NCBI GenBank assembly: GCA_000182565.2 | Contig: KQ257457.1 | Reading direction: 5' to 3' (one strand) | DNA length: 64,000 nucleotides | From: Spizellomyces punctatus DAOM BR117 | Taxonomy: Eukaryota | Part shown: positions 48,899 to 60,598 of the stretch, one piece after another | Numbering within the stretch: the first letter of the stretch is position 1 | Layout: each line of letters begins with the position of its first letter | Program-made: the position numbers and the translations under genes | The notes under the pieces: model-generated | Told to the model about the DNA's origin: nothing | What the model saw: only the letters and a program-made list of their open reading frames with translations | The model's database searches: none

Positions 48899-49557
48899 TT
48901 TCTTGCGAGTCTTGTATCTTGAAAAAGGCAGAGAAATCGTTCTGGCGCACTGGGGGGAAACAGGACAGCCCGACCCATTTTTAACACAGTGTAAATGGTG
49001 TCTGATGACATGGCGGTGAAGGAGAAGACCTTCCCAGCGTAAACTCACTTTTGTTCTGTTGCAAGTCTCCTGATGGAAGCTGCTTCGATAGATGACCGCG
49101 AGTGTGATATCGTAAGCATTCTGGGAAATTCCGACAAGGCGCGTTTCTCATGGTAAAAACCTTAAATGAAGCGTCAAAACGCAACGTGGAGTGCGATCCG
49201 ATGCAGGCAGAACCAATTCCACTGCCCACCAAGGTTTGCATTGTATTGTGCGAGAGTGAAATTCAACTAAACATGCACACTCTTTGCGCTTCACGACGCT
49301 TGGCTTGGAGGCAGGGCTATGGTCAGTGACCCCTCAGCCCCCATTAGGAGCACCCTGCGGTCGATGACTTTGGACCGGCATTGCATCACACACGGAGCTC
49401 TTTCACTTGTCTGTCATCCTGCCAATGCCGTTCATGGCCATATTAAATACGTCTAAACATGTACTGCCTTCCCAAGGTTGGGATTTTACCACGCTCTCTA
49501 TGTTGCGACGAATGTTACAGCCCATTTCTACAGCTTTGCTACAATTTGAATGCAATA

Positions 49558-50408
49558 TTAAAGTAACTTCAAATGTCCAGTGACAGTGTCCACGGCCTGG
49601 ATTGGAGCTATGGAATAGAGGGTTCTCAATGCATACCCCGATTACACCCATGGATTCAAATGGCTTGTTACCTGGTCCGATCGCCAGTACCGTACGGCTC
49701 CCTTCGGGAATTTGTGTCCGTCCTGCATCCTCGATATACTCGGCAACAAGGCCAGCCTTGCGTGCCAACGCATGGAGGTGCAGACTGGTTTTTCAGGTCA
49801 GGTGAGCATCCATCACCCATGAGAGGAAGGGAATTATATACGCTGAACTCACAGTTCTTTCTCAGACGAGCATTTCAGTGCCACCTTTGCCGCGCCGTAC
49901 TTTTCCCACTTTCGTAATACATCGGGCGCTTTGTATTGCGCGGTCTGCACGGCCGCCACCGCCGCATGACAACACTTGTGGTGAACGCATGAAAGGATGC
50001 ACATGTGGTCAAGAGTTTGACAGCCATTATCGGTATGACGTACACTGCTCACCTGGGCAGCGATTTTTCCTTTTCCCATTCCCAAGTCTGTTCTCACAAC
50101 TAGCACCATCTTGTGTGCCCGCAACGAGTCGCTATCTTCATCGGTATCACTTTCACTATCATCTTGATATGATCTGGGACTTGCCAAAGAAGGTGAAAGA
50201 GGTGCAGGTGCCTGAACAGTTGAGGTTAGAGAAATGTTTTGGCGGATGTCGGCCAACATTTCACGCCAGACACCTTTTGTCGTCGCCCTTGCCACCAGCG
50301 TTGTACTGTTAAGCCAACGAAAACTCCAAAGGTCCCTGCAGAGAAAACATGGAGAACCGAATAGTGCCGTGTTGCCAAAGTATTGTAAATGTCCACGATG
50401 CTCTCCAT
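49558..50408 (-). CDS. PTH2: Peptidyl-tRNA hydrolase 2, multi-exon
   Basis: N-terminal TM; KMVLVVRTDLGMGKGKIAAQ|CCHA, DAGRTQI, TVLAIGPG, VTGHLKLL*. Confidence 0.93.
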
Positions 50409-50459
50409 GTTGCTTCGAAAAGCCTAATGCGAAGCGCTTCAAAGATGACCATTTCCTGA

Positions 50460-50478
50460 ATGAGTCATTATGACTCAT
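50460..50478. promoter_or_regulatory. Tandem perfect Gcn4/CpcA/AP-1 sites ATGAGTCAT-T-ATGACTCAT in the PTH2/RPA3 divergent promoter
   Basis: Two 9-bp consensus sites forming a 19-bp palindrome, 52 bp upstream of the PTH2 ATG. Confidence 0.65.
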
Positions 50479-50549
50479 GTATCCGAAGGACTGAACTCGC
50501 TGAAGAGCTGAGTTTTGTCCAAACCATCCACACCGAGATCAGCAGCATC

Positions 50550-51245
50550 ATGGAGGTCCAACCGCGCGTTAATTCGGTATGTCTACAGTTGGCGAAACTC
50601 AGGCCCATCTAACAGCTGATATCTCGGAATCACACAGGCTGTAATACCTAAATGCCAAGGAAGAGTTGTGAGACTGGTGGGCAAGATGCTGGCGGTATGT
50701 CGCAGACAAGTTTTCAATTGTCCAGCCTTGATGAGCCTTTGCACCTGCTGGTGGACCACTGTGATAACGATTAGCATATCTTTTTCCCATTAGATGAACC
50801 CGGCCACTGGAGAGGCTCTGATCGAAGCATGTGATCGAGGACAGGTTACGGTACTGGTATCACAGGTCTGTATGCGTGCAGCATAGATAGTTTGGCAAAC
50901 CGCTATCATATGCCAATTGCTCACATCATCTGCGTGATTAAAAAGGGATCATCACTGGCCCAGAGTACCGGATCTGTAGTGGAAGTAATAGTAAGTTGGC
51001 AATTGTGATTGACCCATCCTATGCAACATTTTTAACTCTGTTGGATAGGGACGAGTTCAACCGAATTCGGTGATAGGGGAGATTAATTCGACGCAATTTG
51101 ATGAGAAATGGGGTAAGGTTGTTTTCTGTCTGACTATGTCAGTTGGTTGTGACCCCAGGATTTCTCTTTGACAGATCCCGAAGCATACAATAAGATGGTC
51201 TTGGCCACTATGGAATTTGATCATATCTTTGGATGGTGGAACTAA
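50550..51245 (+). CDS. RPA3: Replication protein A 14-kDa subunit, 6 short exons (absent from the ORF track)
   Basis: Spliced: MEVQPRVNS|AVIPKCQGRVVRLVGKMLA|MNPATGEALIEACDRGQVTVLVSQ|GSSLAQSTGSVVEVI|GRVQPNSVIGEINSTQFDEKW|DPEAYNKMV..HIFGWWN*. PRVN, VRLVGK, VEVIG and D..AYN match RPA14/Ssb3. Confidence 0.85.
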
Positions 51246-52190
51246 CGGATGTTCTCGGATCTTGTATATCTTGTAAAAAAATACACAATACAGCTTGCAG
51301 TATCTTAGTGTGCAGGTGGCAGAAAATGTCACTAGGGACAAATTCTCCCTCCAACCCACTACAGCCGGTTCTAATTTACAATTAGTCAGTCTGTCCAACC
51401 CTTCATAACCTATCCTGCAAACGAGTCCCACCCGTATCCTAACTCGCTACAGGTTCCAGCCTGGGTTGAACTGGGGTACGTGCAAAGTAGCACGATTCCA
51501 CTAACTAACTACCACTAGGCCCAATTACACATGCAATATATTATGGTTGTTTCTAACCAGGTAACTAAGCCCACCACCACGAGAGAAAATCCTACTAGGC
51601 CTTTGATTCCGAAATTCTTGAGTCGGAGGATGTTCAGATACTAGTAAAATCAGAATAATTAGACTGGATAATCCGCATGGGAAAAGCCCATCAAGATGTA
51701 CCTGCGATCGTAGCAATATAGTAGTAGCAGCGTTTGCAAGGGTTTGTGTTGTATTTGTCAGGAGGGCGAGGTCCTCGGCACCACCACATCTGTATTCTCA
51801 TGATTCGACCGACAGTCGCGATGAGAAGAGTTGCACAGATGCTTGCGAGTCGAGGATGGGTAAGAGGAAAGAGGGAAGAGACAGCAAAAGGCCCCCCTTT
51901 TATAGACCTTTGACATGCACCTCACCGCAGTTTAAAAAAACATTACATGCCAATCTGAGCGATAGATGGGGGTTCTGATTATGCGATATGACTAACCGGA
52001 TTAATCCGGATAATAATGAGTTCTAGTGCCATTTTCAATCACCTCCACACTAAAATCAGACGTAATCGCAGGAGCATACGATGCAGTTGTCATAGCAACA
52101 AGCATGACGGAGTGTCAATCTCAAGAGATCTTAACTTCTGGAATTTAAGTACAGTCGCATCATCCTTTGGGGTCGCCGGGGTATGGGACA

Positions 52191-54667
52191 ATGGCAAAAC
52201 CCGTGAAAGCGCAAGTTTCAAGCCTTAGTTTCCAAGGATTTCGAAGGGCGTGCTAATTATGTTGTACTTTTAGTCTGGTTATTGGAGCGTTGAACGGAAA
52301 CTTCAAGCAAGCTTTGATAAAGATTAATGGAATTAACGCTAAGCACGGCCCCTTTGACCTGCTTCTTTGTGTGGGGGATTTCTTTGGTGCGGATGAGACG
52401 GACAACGCAGCGGTAAAAGAGCTGCTGGAAGGCGATATATCAGGTGAGGACAATCCCGGACTCGCCGACCCCGCAAAGCTTATCCCTAAGACTCGGAAAA
52501 GTGCCAGTGCCCACGTACATTATTGCTGGTCGCCATACCCTTCCAAAGCCTGTGCTCGAAGCCGTGGAGAACAATGGCGGGGAAATTTGTAACAACTTGG
52601 TTTTCTTGGGTAAAAGCGACTGGATTTGGAGGTTTTGAAGGAAAAGCACTAAAAGTTGGATACCGCTTTCAGGCAACAGTGGAGTGATGACCACGGTTCA
52701 GGGATTGAAGATAGCGTACTTGAGTGGTACATACGATGCAAAGTCTTACCCAAGCGGAGTAGATCAAGCACCAGATCAGACAGCGATGCACTATACAGAG
52801 ACGACTGTCCGGTCATTGAGCAGCTCAGGGACTGGATCCGTGCATGGTTCTACTGGTGTCGATATTTTCATTACCACTGAATGGGCTGAGGGGATTACCC
52901 AAGGATCTGCGGCAGCCTCAAAACTTCCAGAAGGAACAGATCCAAGAAGCTCAAAACCTGTTGCCGACCTTGCCGTGGCATTGCAGCCACGATACCACTT
53001 TGCAGGATCAGCGGGGGTGTTCTTTGAGCGTGAACCATACAGTAACAGGGGTTCGGCTGGGCATGTGACTAGATTCATCGGGCTTGGCGAGTTTGGAGCC
53101 GCAAACAAACAGCGGGTACGTACACGAGCCGCAAATATCTTCGAAGCGCGAATGATCTTTCTTATGGTAATTTGTTGTAGTGGTTCTATGCAATGAACAT
53201 CGTGCCGTTGTCCCAAATGGAAAGCTCGCAGTTGAATGTAAAACCCCCGAATACAACCACATGTCCGTTACCATTCGGCAATACATCTAAAAAGCGGGCG
53301 CTGGATGAGGTATGGTCCAATCCTGCTTACCTCGCAAATTATTTAATGTTTATGGTGTCGAACTATTGCAATGCCTTTTACAGGTTCCGGACAGTTTCTT
53401 TTTCAATAATGCGGGAGCGCGGGGAGGCCAGAAACGACAGGCCAATGGTCGACGTAAGTATGCGACCGAGCGCGACGCGAGAAACAAGTTTCTGGTCTTG
53501 CTCATCTATTTATATTTCAGCACCACCACGTAAATACGTATGCCATCGATGCCAGCAGCCAGGCCATTGGCTGGAGGATTGTCCTGTCAATCCTAAAGAA
53601 CTCACTCGAACGCCGCCTGAAAAATATGTCTGTCGCTTGTGCAATGTTCCCGGGCATTATATTAACGACTGTCCCCATGCTGATCGAAACCTGCGAGGAC
53701 CCAAAGCCACAGATACGATATTAAACCGCGATGGTATGTTAATACTTTAACATTTACAAAACAGGGCGCATTCTCACCCCCTGACTCTTTCAGCCGGGCA
53801 ATGTTGGTTTTGCTTGTCAAATCCAGCATTGGAAAAGCAGTTGATTGTTTCGATTGGTTCCGAGGTGTACTTGACACTCGCAAAGGGGGGTTTGGTGGAT
53901 TGGGGTGGACATATGCTGGTTGTGCCGATAGCACATTATACAAGCATGCGTCAAATGCAGACGCTGGACGGAGCGGAAGGTGCCACAGCGCAGGCGGCGT
54001 TGGCGGAAATGGAGAAATTCAAATCTGCATTGCGGGATATGTATACCGCTCGAGGAGATATAATGGTTTGCTTTGAAATTTTTGGTGGCGGTGGAAATGC
54101 GGATGTGATGCGCATGCAGCATATGCACTTGCAGGTACGCTCTCGCTTGTGTCCAGTTATTGGATCTTTCCCTTGACGTTATCATCATGATGAACAGCTC
54201 GTGCCATTACCGGCGGATTTGTTACCGGATCTGGAAAAGGTATTCCTTGAAGAGGCTGCTGCGGAGGGCTTGGAGGTTGTACAAGATGGACGTCTACCGG
54301 ATGCAGTTACCGCACCCTACTGTCGCGTAGAAATTCCAGCAACTGAACAAACGCGCGTATTTGTATTTCGTCCATCTGCAGCAAAGGTGGAAGAAGTGAG
54401 GAAGCTGACTCTGGAAGCTGCGCAGGGTGGCAGACGTCCACCTCGTGTAATGAACTTGCAGTTTGGAAGGTAACGTTAAGAGTCGTGTCTCGGGCATCGT
54501 CTCTGTCGAAACATCCTTAATGAATCAAAATGTTGCGTGTTTTCAGAAAAGTGTTATCAACACTGCTTGGCAAGCCCGATCGTATTAATTGGAAGAACTG
54601 TATTTTACCGGAAACAGAAGAGCAAAGGCTAACAGAAGAGATGCGAAGACTAGTAAAATTAGGCTGA
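52191..54667 (+). CDS. CWF19L1: CWF19-like protein 1 (Drn1/mug161 family) with two zinc knuckles, multi-exon
   Basis: KHGPFDLLLCVGDFF, LQPRYHFAG, FFEREPY, TRFIGL, CWFCLSNP, LTLAKGGL, HMHLQ, NLQFGR; two YVC..C..PGH...DCP knuckles. Confidence 0.9.
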
Positions 54668-54879
54668 TTCATAATTATCATCTTACAAGGCGGGTATAAA
54701 AACTAGCGTAACATGTACAAAGGCAACGTCTAAGAGTGTTTTGCCTGCCCATCTGCAAAACACCGCGGCTGATAATGGCTGAAGGAATAATGTATCGGAA
54801 TAATAGGTGGAGGGAACAAGAGGTGATCCGCCTCAGAGCGATGGGCCACCTCCTCTGCGACAGACAAATAATGCTGCCT

Positions 54880-55479
54880 TTAAGGCTCGGGTACACCCAT
54901 GTTTCCCTTTCGCAGATGCGTTTCCAGTCCGTCCTTGAACCCCTGCTCCACCGCCTTTGCTTCCTCAACCAGCTTTTCGACAATGGTTTCCAAACCTTGT
55001 CGTCCGCGAGCAGCGTTTTTATGGAATGAATTGACCGCGCTCTCTTCCACCAGTTTAGCTCCGTAGCTCAACACTCCCATTGCGCTCACGGCCGCCTGTT
55101 GCGTAAAAACTGTCTTCCCTTCTGGATGTTCTGGGTCCGCTTTGTACTCGCACTTCTCCTCCAAGTTTATGAACGATCGCATGCTTAGGTTTGTCGATAT
55201 CGCTGTATATGTCTGCGATCGGGGGTCCAGATAGGAGATCTCTCTAAAGTAGGCCACTTCTGGGATGGGAAGGATACGACGTAGGAGGGCTGGTGCAGAT
55301 TGTTTGCAACAGAGAAGACGTTCGGTTGTGAGAATGCCCGTTTCTGGATCTACAGACCGATCGAGCACGTCCACGGAGAGGACGTGTGAGGAGTATTGGT
55401 TTGGATACTTTTGCCAATTTGCTAGCGTGAGGGTGCACCAAGGATGGGCAAAGAGGTATTCGGTTTCAAAGAGCTTCAT
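54880..55479 (-). CDS. PRELI/MSF1 (Ups2-like) mitochondrial lipid-transfer protein, intronless
   Basis: MKLF..F.HPW..LT.ANWQKYPN..SHVLSVDVLDRSVDPETGILTTERLL; F..NAARGRQGLE. Confidence 0.9.
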   Translation of the reverse strand: MKLFETEYLFAHPWCTLTLANWQKYPNQYSSHVLSVDVLDRSVDPETGILTTERLLCCKQSAPALLRRILPIPEVAYFREISYLDPRSQTYTAISTNLSMRSFINLEEKCEYKADPEHPEGKTVFTQQAAVSAMGVLSYGAKLVEESAVNSFHKNAARGRQGLETIVEKLVEEAKAVEQGFKDGLETHLRKGNMGVPEP

Positions 55480-55850
55480 TTTCAGCGACGACGGCGGGAA
55501 ACACGCTAGTAGGGGATGAGGACAATCGGTACTTGCAGGCACGTCTTACAATGGAGAACTAGCTCTACGCGGCAACGTCTTCAACGCACGGAAGTAACTT
55601 GCTTTTCGTTGGCAGCTCGTCGTCCTTTTGACAGTCTCCGTCGCCACCGCACAGAAAGTTGCTCTTTTTTTGGGAGCAAATCGTTTTTCCCGATTTTTTC
55701 CATGCAGCTTGTTGCTATAGCAATTCACGTGATTGTCGATCACACGCGACTTGGATTACGTTATGGCGCGAAAGTTGGAACGTCAGAATAATTCAACGCA
55801 GTTTTACGGAACGCACCTCACCTAGTTTTACCACCACGTTTTGAATAACC

Positions 55851-56181
55851 ATGAGCCAAGCAGCGTTTTCCAACAAGGAGTTTCACGCCGCCCCCGAACG
55901 TAAAAAGTTTACTGAAAGGGTGGACTACGAGAAACCTTCTCGTGAAATCCTCGAAGAACTTCATCATGGCCCCATTTTGGCGAGCACTGTCGGTATTACG
56001 GCCGAAGTTGTTCAGAGCCCTAGGGACCAAGCAAACTCAAGGAGTGACTCCATGACTAGCCTGTTTGGCGATCACGGAGGTGAGTTCTGATAATAGCTCA
56101 GTATTACGGTCGGAACGTTGGCTGTCTCTCATAATTCGTACACGATCAGATGCGACTACTCGTGCCAAGAACAGTTGGTAG
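55851..56181 (+). CDS. Small hypothetical protein (~87 aa), 2 exons
   Basis: ACCATG start; GTGAGT donor at ~56080 and CAG acceptor at ~56149 give ...DHGG|DATTRAKNSW*. Confidence 0.5.
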
Positions 56182-56378
56182 TTATTGGCTGAATTTGTTC
56201 AGATATTTTGAATTTCTTGTGCAATTTGTATAGTAGGAGCATCATTGGTACAAAATATCGTGCTCGTTATTGATCGAGCTATGCTCACCTCACTTGAGAT
56301 ACTTTTACTGGACGACTAACTACGACAATCTAGCTAGTAAAAGATAATTTCAAAGAACCAATTGCCAATGTCCTTGCG

Positions 56379-58994
56379 TCAAATTAATGGTGCCGCGCAC
56401 CCATCACCTCTAGGATCCGATCCCCCAGCCCACATTTTATTCAATCTTCGTTCTATAATCTGCCCTCGTCCAAACATGGCCCTCTCACGGCCAGAAAGCA
56501 CCTTTACATTATGTCCCATGTGTTTCAGTTGCTCTACAACGTCATCATCGATGCCTTCCTCAATGAAAACAAACCCATTTTCTGGTGCGATACAGATCCT
56601 TCGCGCATCCAATGCACTCTGAGGGCTCATTTTGTGATGAAGAAGGTTCAAGAGAACTTGCACGTGTCCTTGGGGTTGCATAAAGCCACCTGTAATAAGC
56701 TGTGTGAGAAAGTGTTCCAAGCATTAGTCTTCATGGACGACTCTAACCCATAACCCCATAGCAGTAGAGAAGTTCCTGCGTCCCTGGCATGGTAACCATC
56801 GCTGGACTGTAATTGCAAATCATTATTACTCAACCAATCCTTATGACGCTGATTTCGTGGCTCTCACATGATGGTATGATATGGCCTTTTACCAGGTGCC
56901 ACGACATTTGCGGATGCCGGATCCAGGGAAAATCCACAGCCGCGACTTTGGAGAGCCACCCCAGTCCCTTTACCAACAATTCCCTGCAAATAGGTGATTT
57001 GACAGCGTTAGAGCGGACACCTCCTGAGATAGAGTTCCCTTCATGCCTCTCACCGTTCCGCAGGAGTAATATAGTGAGTTCTAGTATGAGAGTGTATCAA
57101 TGATCACAGCACCGGGCCATTTCCAGTACGGAAGACTTCACTTACAATGAAACTGCAGGCATTTCCCTCCTCATCGACAACGGAGAAGCTGAAAATAGAA
57201 ATTTAGACAACTAGAGAAGAGAAGTTATCATGAGCTATACTGACTACACAGTATCTGAAGAATGTTTTGGTGATCCGTGCTTCACATCTACAGCTGCCTT
57301 GGTAGGATCAAAGATGAGAGAACGCTCTTCCAGATATTCCTATCAGTCGACAGTTCAATTTGTCAGCTCTGCGGCCCTTCTTGGCAGTACAAATGCACTA
57401 AACACCTTTCTCAGAAGCCCTTCGACAGGAACCGACGTAACATCTGAAGAATAACAGAGCATATATCATAAGTCCAGGTCCTCTTTCAGTTACACACTAA
57501 CACAGTAATCACCTGGATCCGCCACATGGAATTGCCCATCAGCGAAGCCCATTCGTAAAGCTTCAATGACAATGTGGAGATATTCAGCAGAGTTGTGGCG
57601 CAAATGAGAAAGGTTCTTGATCCGCCCTTTCCTTTCCAAGGCGTCGATGATACCCAAAGCCAAAAGGGCAACAATCCTACGGCCAAAAACAAGATGTTTG
57701 CCGTGTCATGTCATGGCAGCGTCAAAGAAATGCGACATACCCTTGCCCGTTGGGCGGATGCTCATGAACTGTCACGCCTTGGTAGTCTATCGAAATAGGG
57801 TCTGTTGGAGTACTTGTGTGTTGCTCAAGGTCCTCAAGGGTTAGCACACCACCTGCCAATCCAGCTTAGAATTGGCAAAAAGGAACATGAATGGGTTTGA
57901 TGACCCTACCGGCCGCTTGTACCGCTTCCACAAGAGACTCTGCAATGCGACCCGAATAGAAACCGCTTTTACCAACCGTGGCCAACTGTCGAAAAGTTCT
58001 AGTACTAAACTTTAGTAACAGACGCTCTGCCACTTGCGACATCTAGTAACTTACTCGGCCAACTCTGGTAGTCTCATAAGGTCTCCTTCTCGAGGAGCTT
58101 TTCCATTCAGCAATAGCTCCCCACCATTTGGAGACGCGGTTTTAAGCTTCTTTTCTGATGTGCTCCACAGATGAGCCGCCACATCCGACACCGGAAACCC
58201 ATTGTCGGCTAGCGATATTGCTGGTTCGAGAATATCCGACATTGTGAGTTTCCCGGAACCAAAGAGATCTATTGTATCTATCCACCCAGCTGCCGCGCCT
58301 GGAACAGTGACCTATAACAAATTGAGTCGGTCTTCTCGACGAAATCCCCGAGCTGTGATCAGCAGTAAACAGTCTCTTACGGCGAAAGGATGGGTAGGAG
58401 GGATAACATCCTTAATGCCTTTGTTTTTAACTAGCTCGAGTGTTAGACCCACCGGGGCACGACCCGAACCATTCAGCTGCGCAGTATGTTAATTTTTAAA
58501 AGATCTTGGGAATGCCTGGATCTGACATACCCCTTTTACGGCTTTTGTTTTCGCGTCATAATATAAGCAGAAGCAATCACCGCCAATGCCCGTAGAAGTT
58601 GGCTCTGAATGGGGCGTCTACTTAAGCATATGATAAAGAAGCAGCGTCAATATTTTTGCCCACCTGTTACATTCATGCATGCCGCTACCTAAAAATGCGC
58701 ATAACATGGTCAGTGGAAAGTAAGTGGACTCCATCAGAAATTGAGTCCATGAACGGACCGCAACAGCTGCATCTGCAGCGTTTCCTCCTGATAAATAATA
58801 GTCAAAAAAGGCTCGGTTGCAGCTATTGCCAAACGTGTAAACATACCTCTCGCCAAAATGCCGAGTCCGGCTTGTACAGCTAGAGGCTGGGTGGCAGCCA
58901 CCATAGCCTTCCGACTATACACTACCGACCTGCGAGAGTTGAACTCCCAAGGCTCGTGCGTAATAACCTCTGTGGCAATCTGCGGAGCAGCCAT
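56379..58994 (-). CDS. Gamma-glutamyltransferase (YwrD-like Ntn hydrolase), multi-exon
   Basis: [45 protein letters not shown] (catalytic Thr), [26 protein letters not shown]. Confidence 0.92.
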
Positions 58995-59161
58995 CGTTCA
59001 AATCGTACTTGAGCTCATCGTTGGAACCTTCTGCCCGATCAGCGATGGGCTGGCGGAATCTGCGCCACATTGCTGTGCCACTTACGAGAAGTGCTGATTC
59101 AATCGCAATGTTGCTTCCGTTTTGTGTCTACCTGATTTTCTTCACCAGCAAGACAATAACG

Positions 59162-60274
59162 ATGAAGTCCGCGAAATGGATAGATATCAAGGACGATGAC
59201 GGATATGATTTGGAGGTATGCAAAACTGGTGGAATTTCTTTTATGTATCAGTGTTGCTCATTGCGTGTAAATAGCACTTTGTGCTTCCAACCCACTATGA
59301 AAAAGATCTGCAGAGGGTGCTTGTACCTTACGGACTCATTCGAGACAGGGTCTCGAAATTAGCTCAAATGATTGCTGCAGAGTGTGAAAATCCCTTGGTA
59401 GCTTGTTGCGTCCTCAAGGTACATATGTCTGTGTCTGGTCCCATCCCATTCTTTGGTTTCTCAAGGCCGATCACTCTATTTCAGGGAGCGCACGGATTTT
59501 TTGCTCACTTGATGGAAGATCTCAAAAAGCAAAAGAATAGACGAGGGGAATCCAGTACGTCATTCTTTCCCTTTCTTGCTACCATATGCATTATAGTGAT
59601 GAAATTTTAGTCCCCCTTCGACTGGAATTTATCAAGGTGAAAAGCTACGAGAATGATCAATCTACCGGCAACGTCACCATATCCCTATCTGAGGAGGACA
59701 TGCAGGCCTTTAAGGGGAAGGATCTATTGATAGTTGAAGACATTGTGGATACAGGTACGAAATAGAGGTGACAGCTCTCTGCGGCTGACATTAACCAGTC
59801 GCTTTCTTGGCTTAACAGGGAAAACGATGGTCGCACTCATAGAACGATTGAAGCAGTATAACCCTGCCAGCATTCGAGTTGTGAGCCTCCTGCTAAAGAA
59901 GACCGATCGAAGTAACAAATATGTGTACGTTAATGACCAAATTTCTCGATTGACATGTGTGCAGAAGGAAACTGAATTTAAGAATCTTCTGTGTCCACTA
60001 GTCCGGACTATGTTGGATTTGCCATACCAGATCTCTTTGTTGTTGGGTAAGTGTGAATTAGCAGGTAAAATTGTTTTAGTGAATATACCAACACCACCCT
60101 CCTGTCAATCTTGCATGGATATAGTTACTGCGTAAGTTTGAAGGTTTGTTTCTTCGAAAGGTAAAATATGCTCAGATTGCCTCCCATATGCAGCTGGATT
60201 ATAATGAACATTTCCGAGATCTTGATCATATTGCCGTAATATCTGATCATGGGAAGACAGCCTACGCGGAATAG
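59162..60274 (+). CDS. HPRT: Hypoxanthine-guanine phosphoribosyltransferase, multi-exon
   Basis: DDDGYDLEHFVLPTHY, CVLKG, KSYENDQSTG, LLIVEDIVDTGKTM, FVVGYCLDYNEHFRDLDHI. Confidence 0.94.
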
Positions 60275-60598
60275 AAGCGGATGCATGTATTAAGGATAAT
60301 CAAATGAATCATCACTTTTTAAATAGATAAATAGTCTTGTTTACGGTGCCATGTCAATGTGCAAAGGCGAAAAACAGTGTTCGATGATTTCTGTTCGCGT
60401 CAAAGCAGGAGTTAAAAATAACAATGACTGTCATCACACTGCCCCAAATATCAGGGCATTCCTTATTAGTGGCGTATACCCTATTTTGACAGATCGCTTT
60501 TCGATAAATCCGCCCTCCTCGTGCGTGTTCCTGTTGAGAAACAGGTCGTGCTGATAGAAATCTCAAAGTGCATTCATACCCGTTAAGCTACTGCAACG

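Noticed and set aside
51755-51785. HDV-like ribozyme (GAGG-ACCTCGC-CCTC) or antizyme frameshift site (TCC TGA)
   Set aside because: No P1, P1.1 GG or P4/J4-2 elements follow. There is no room or ORF for an antizyme ORF2.
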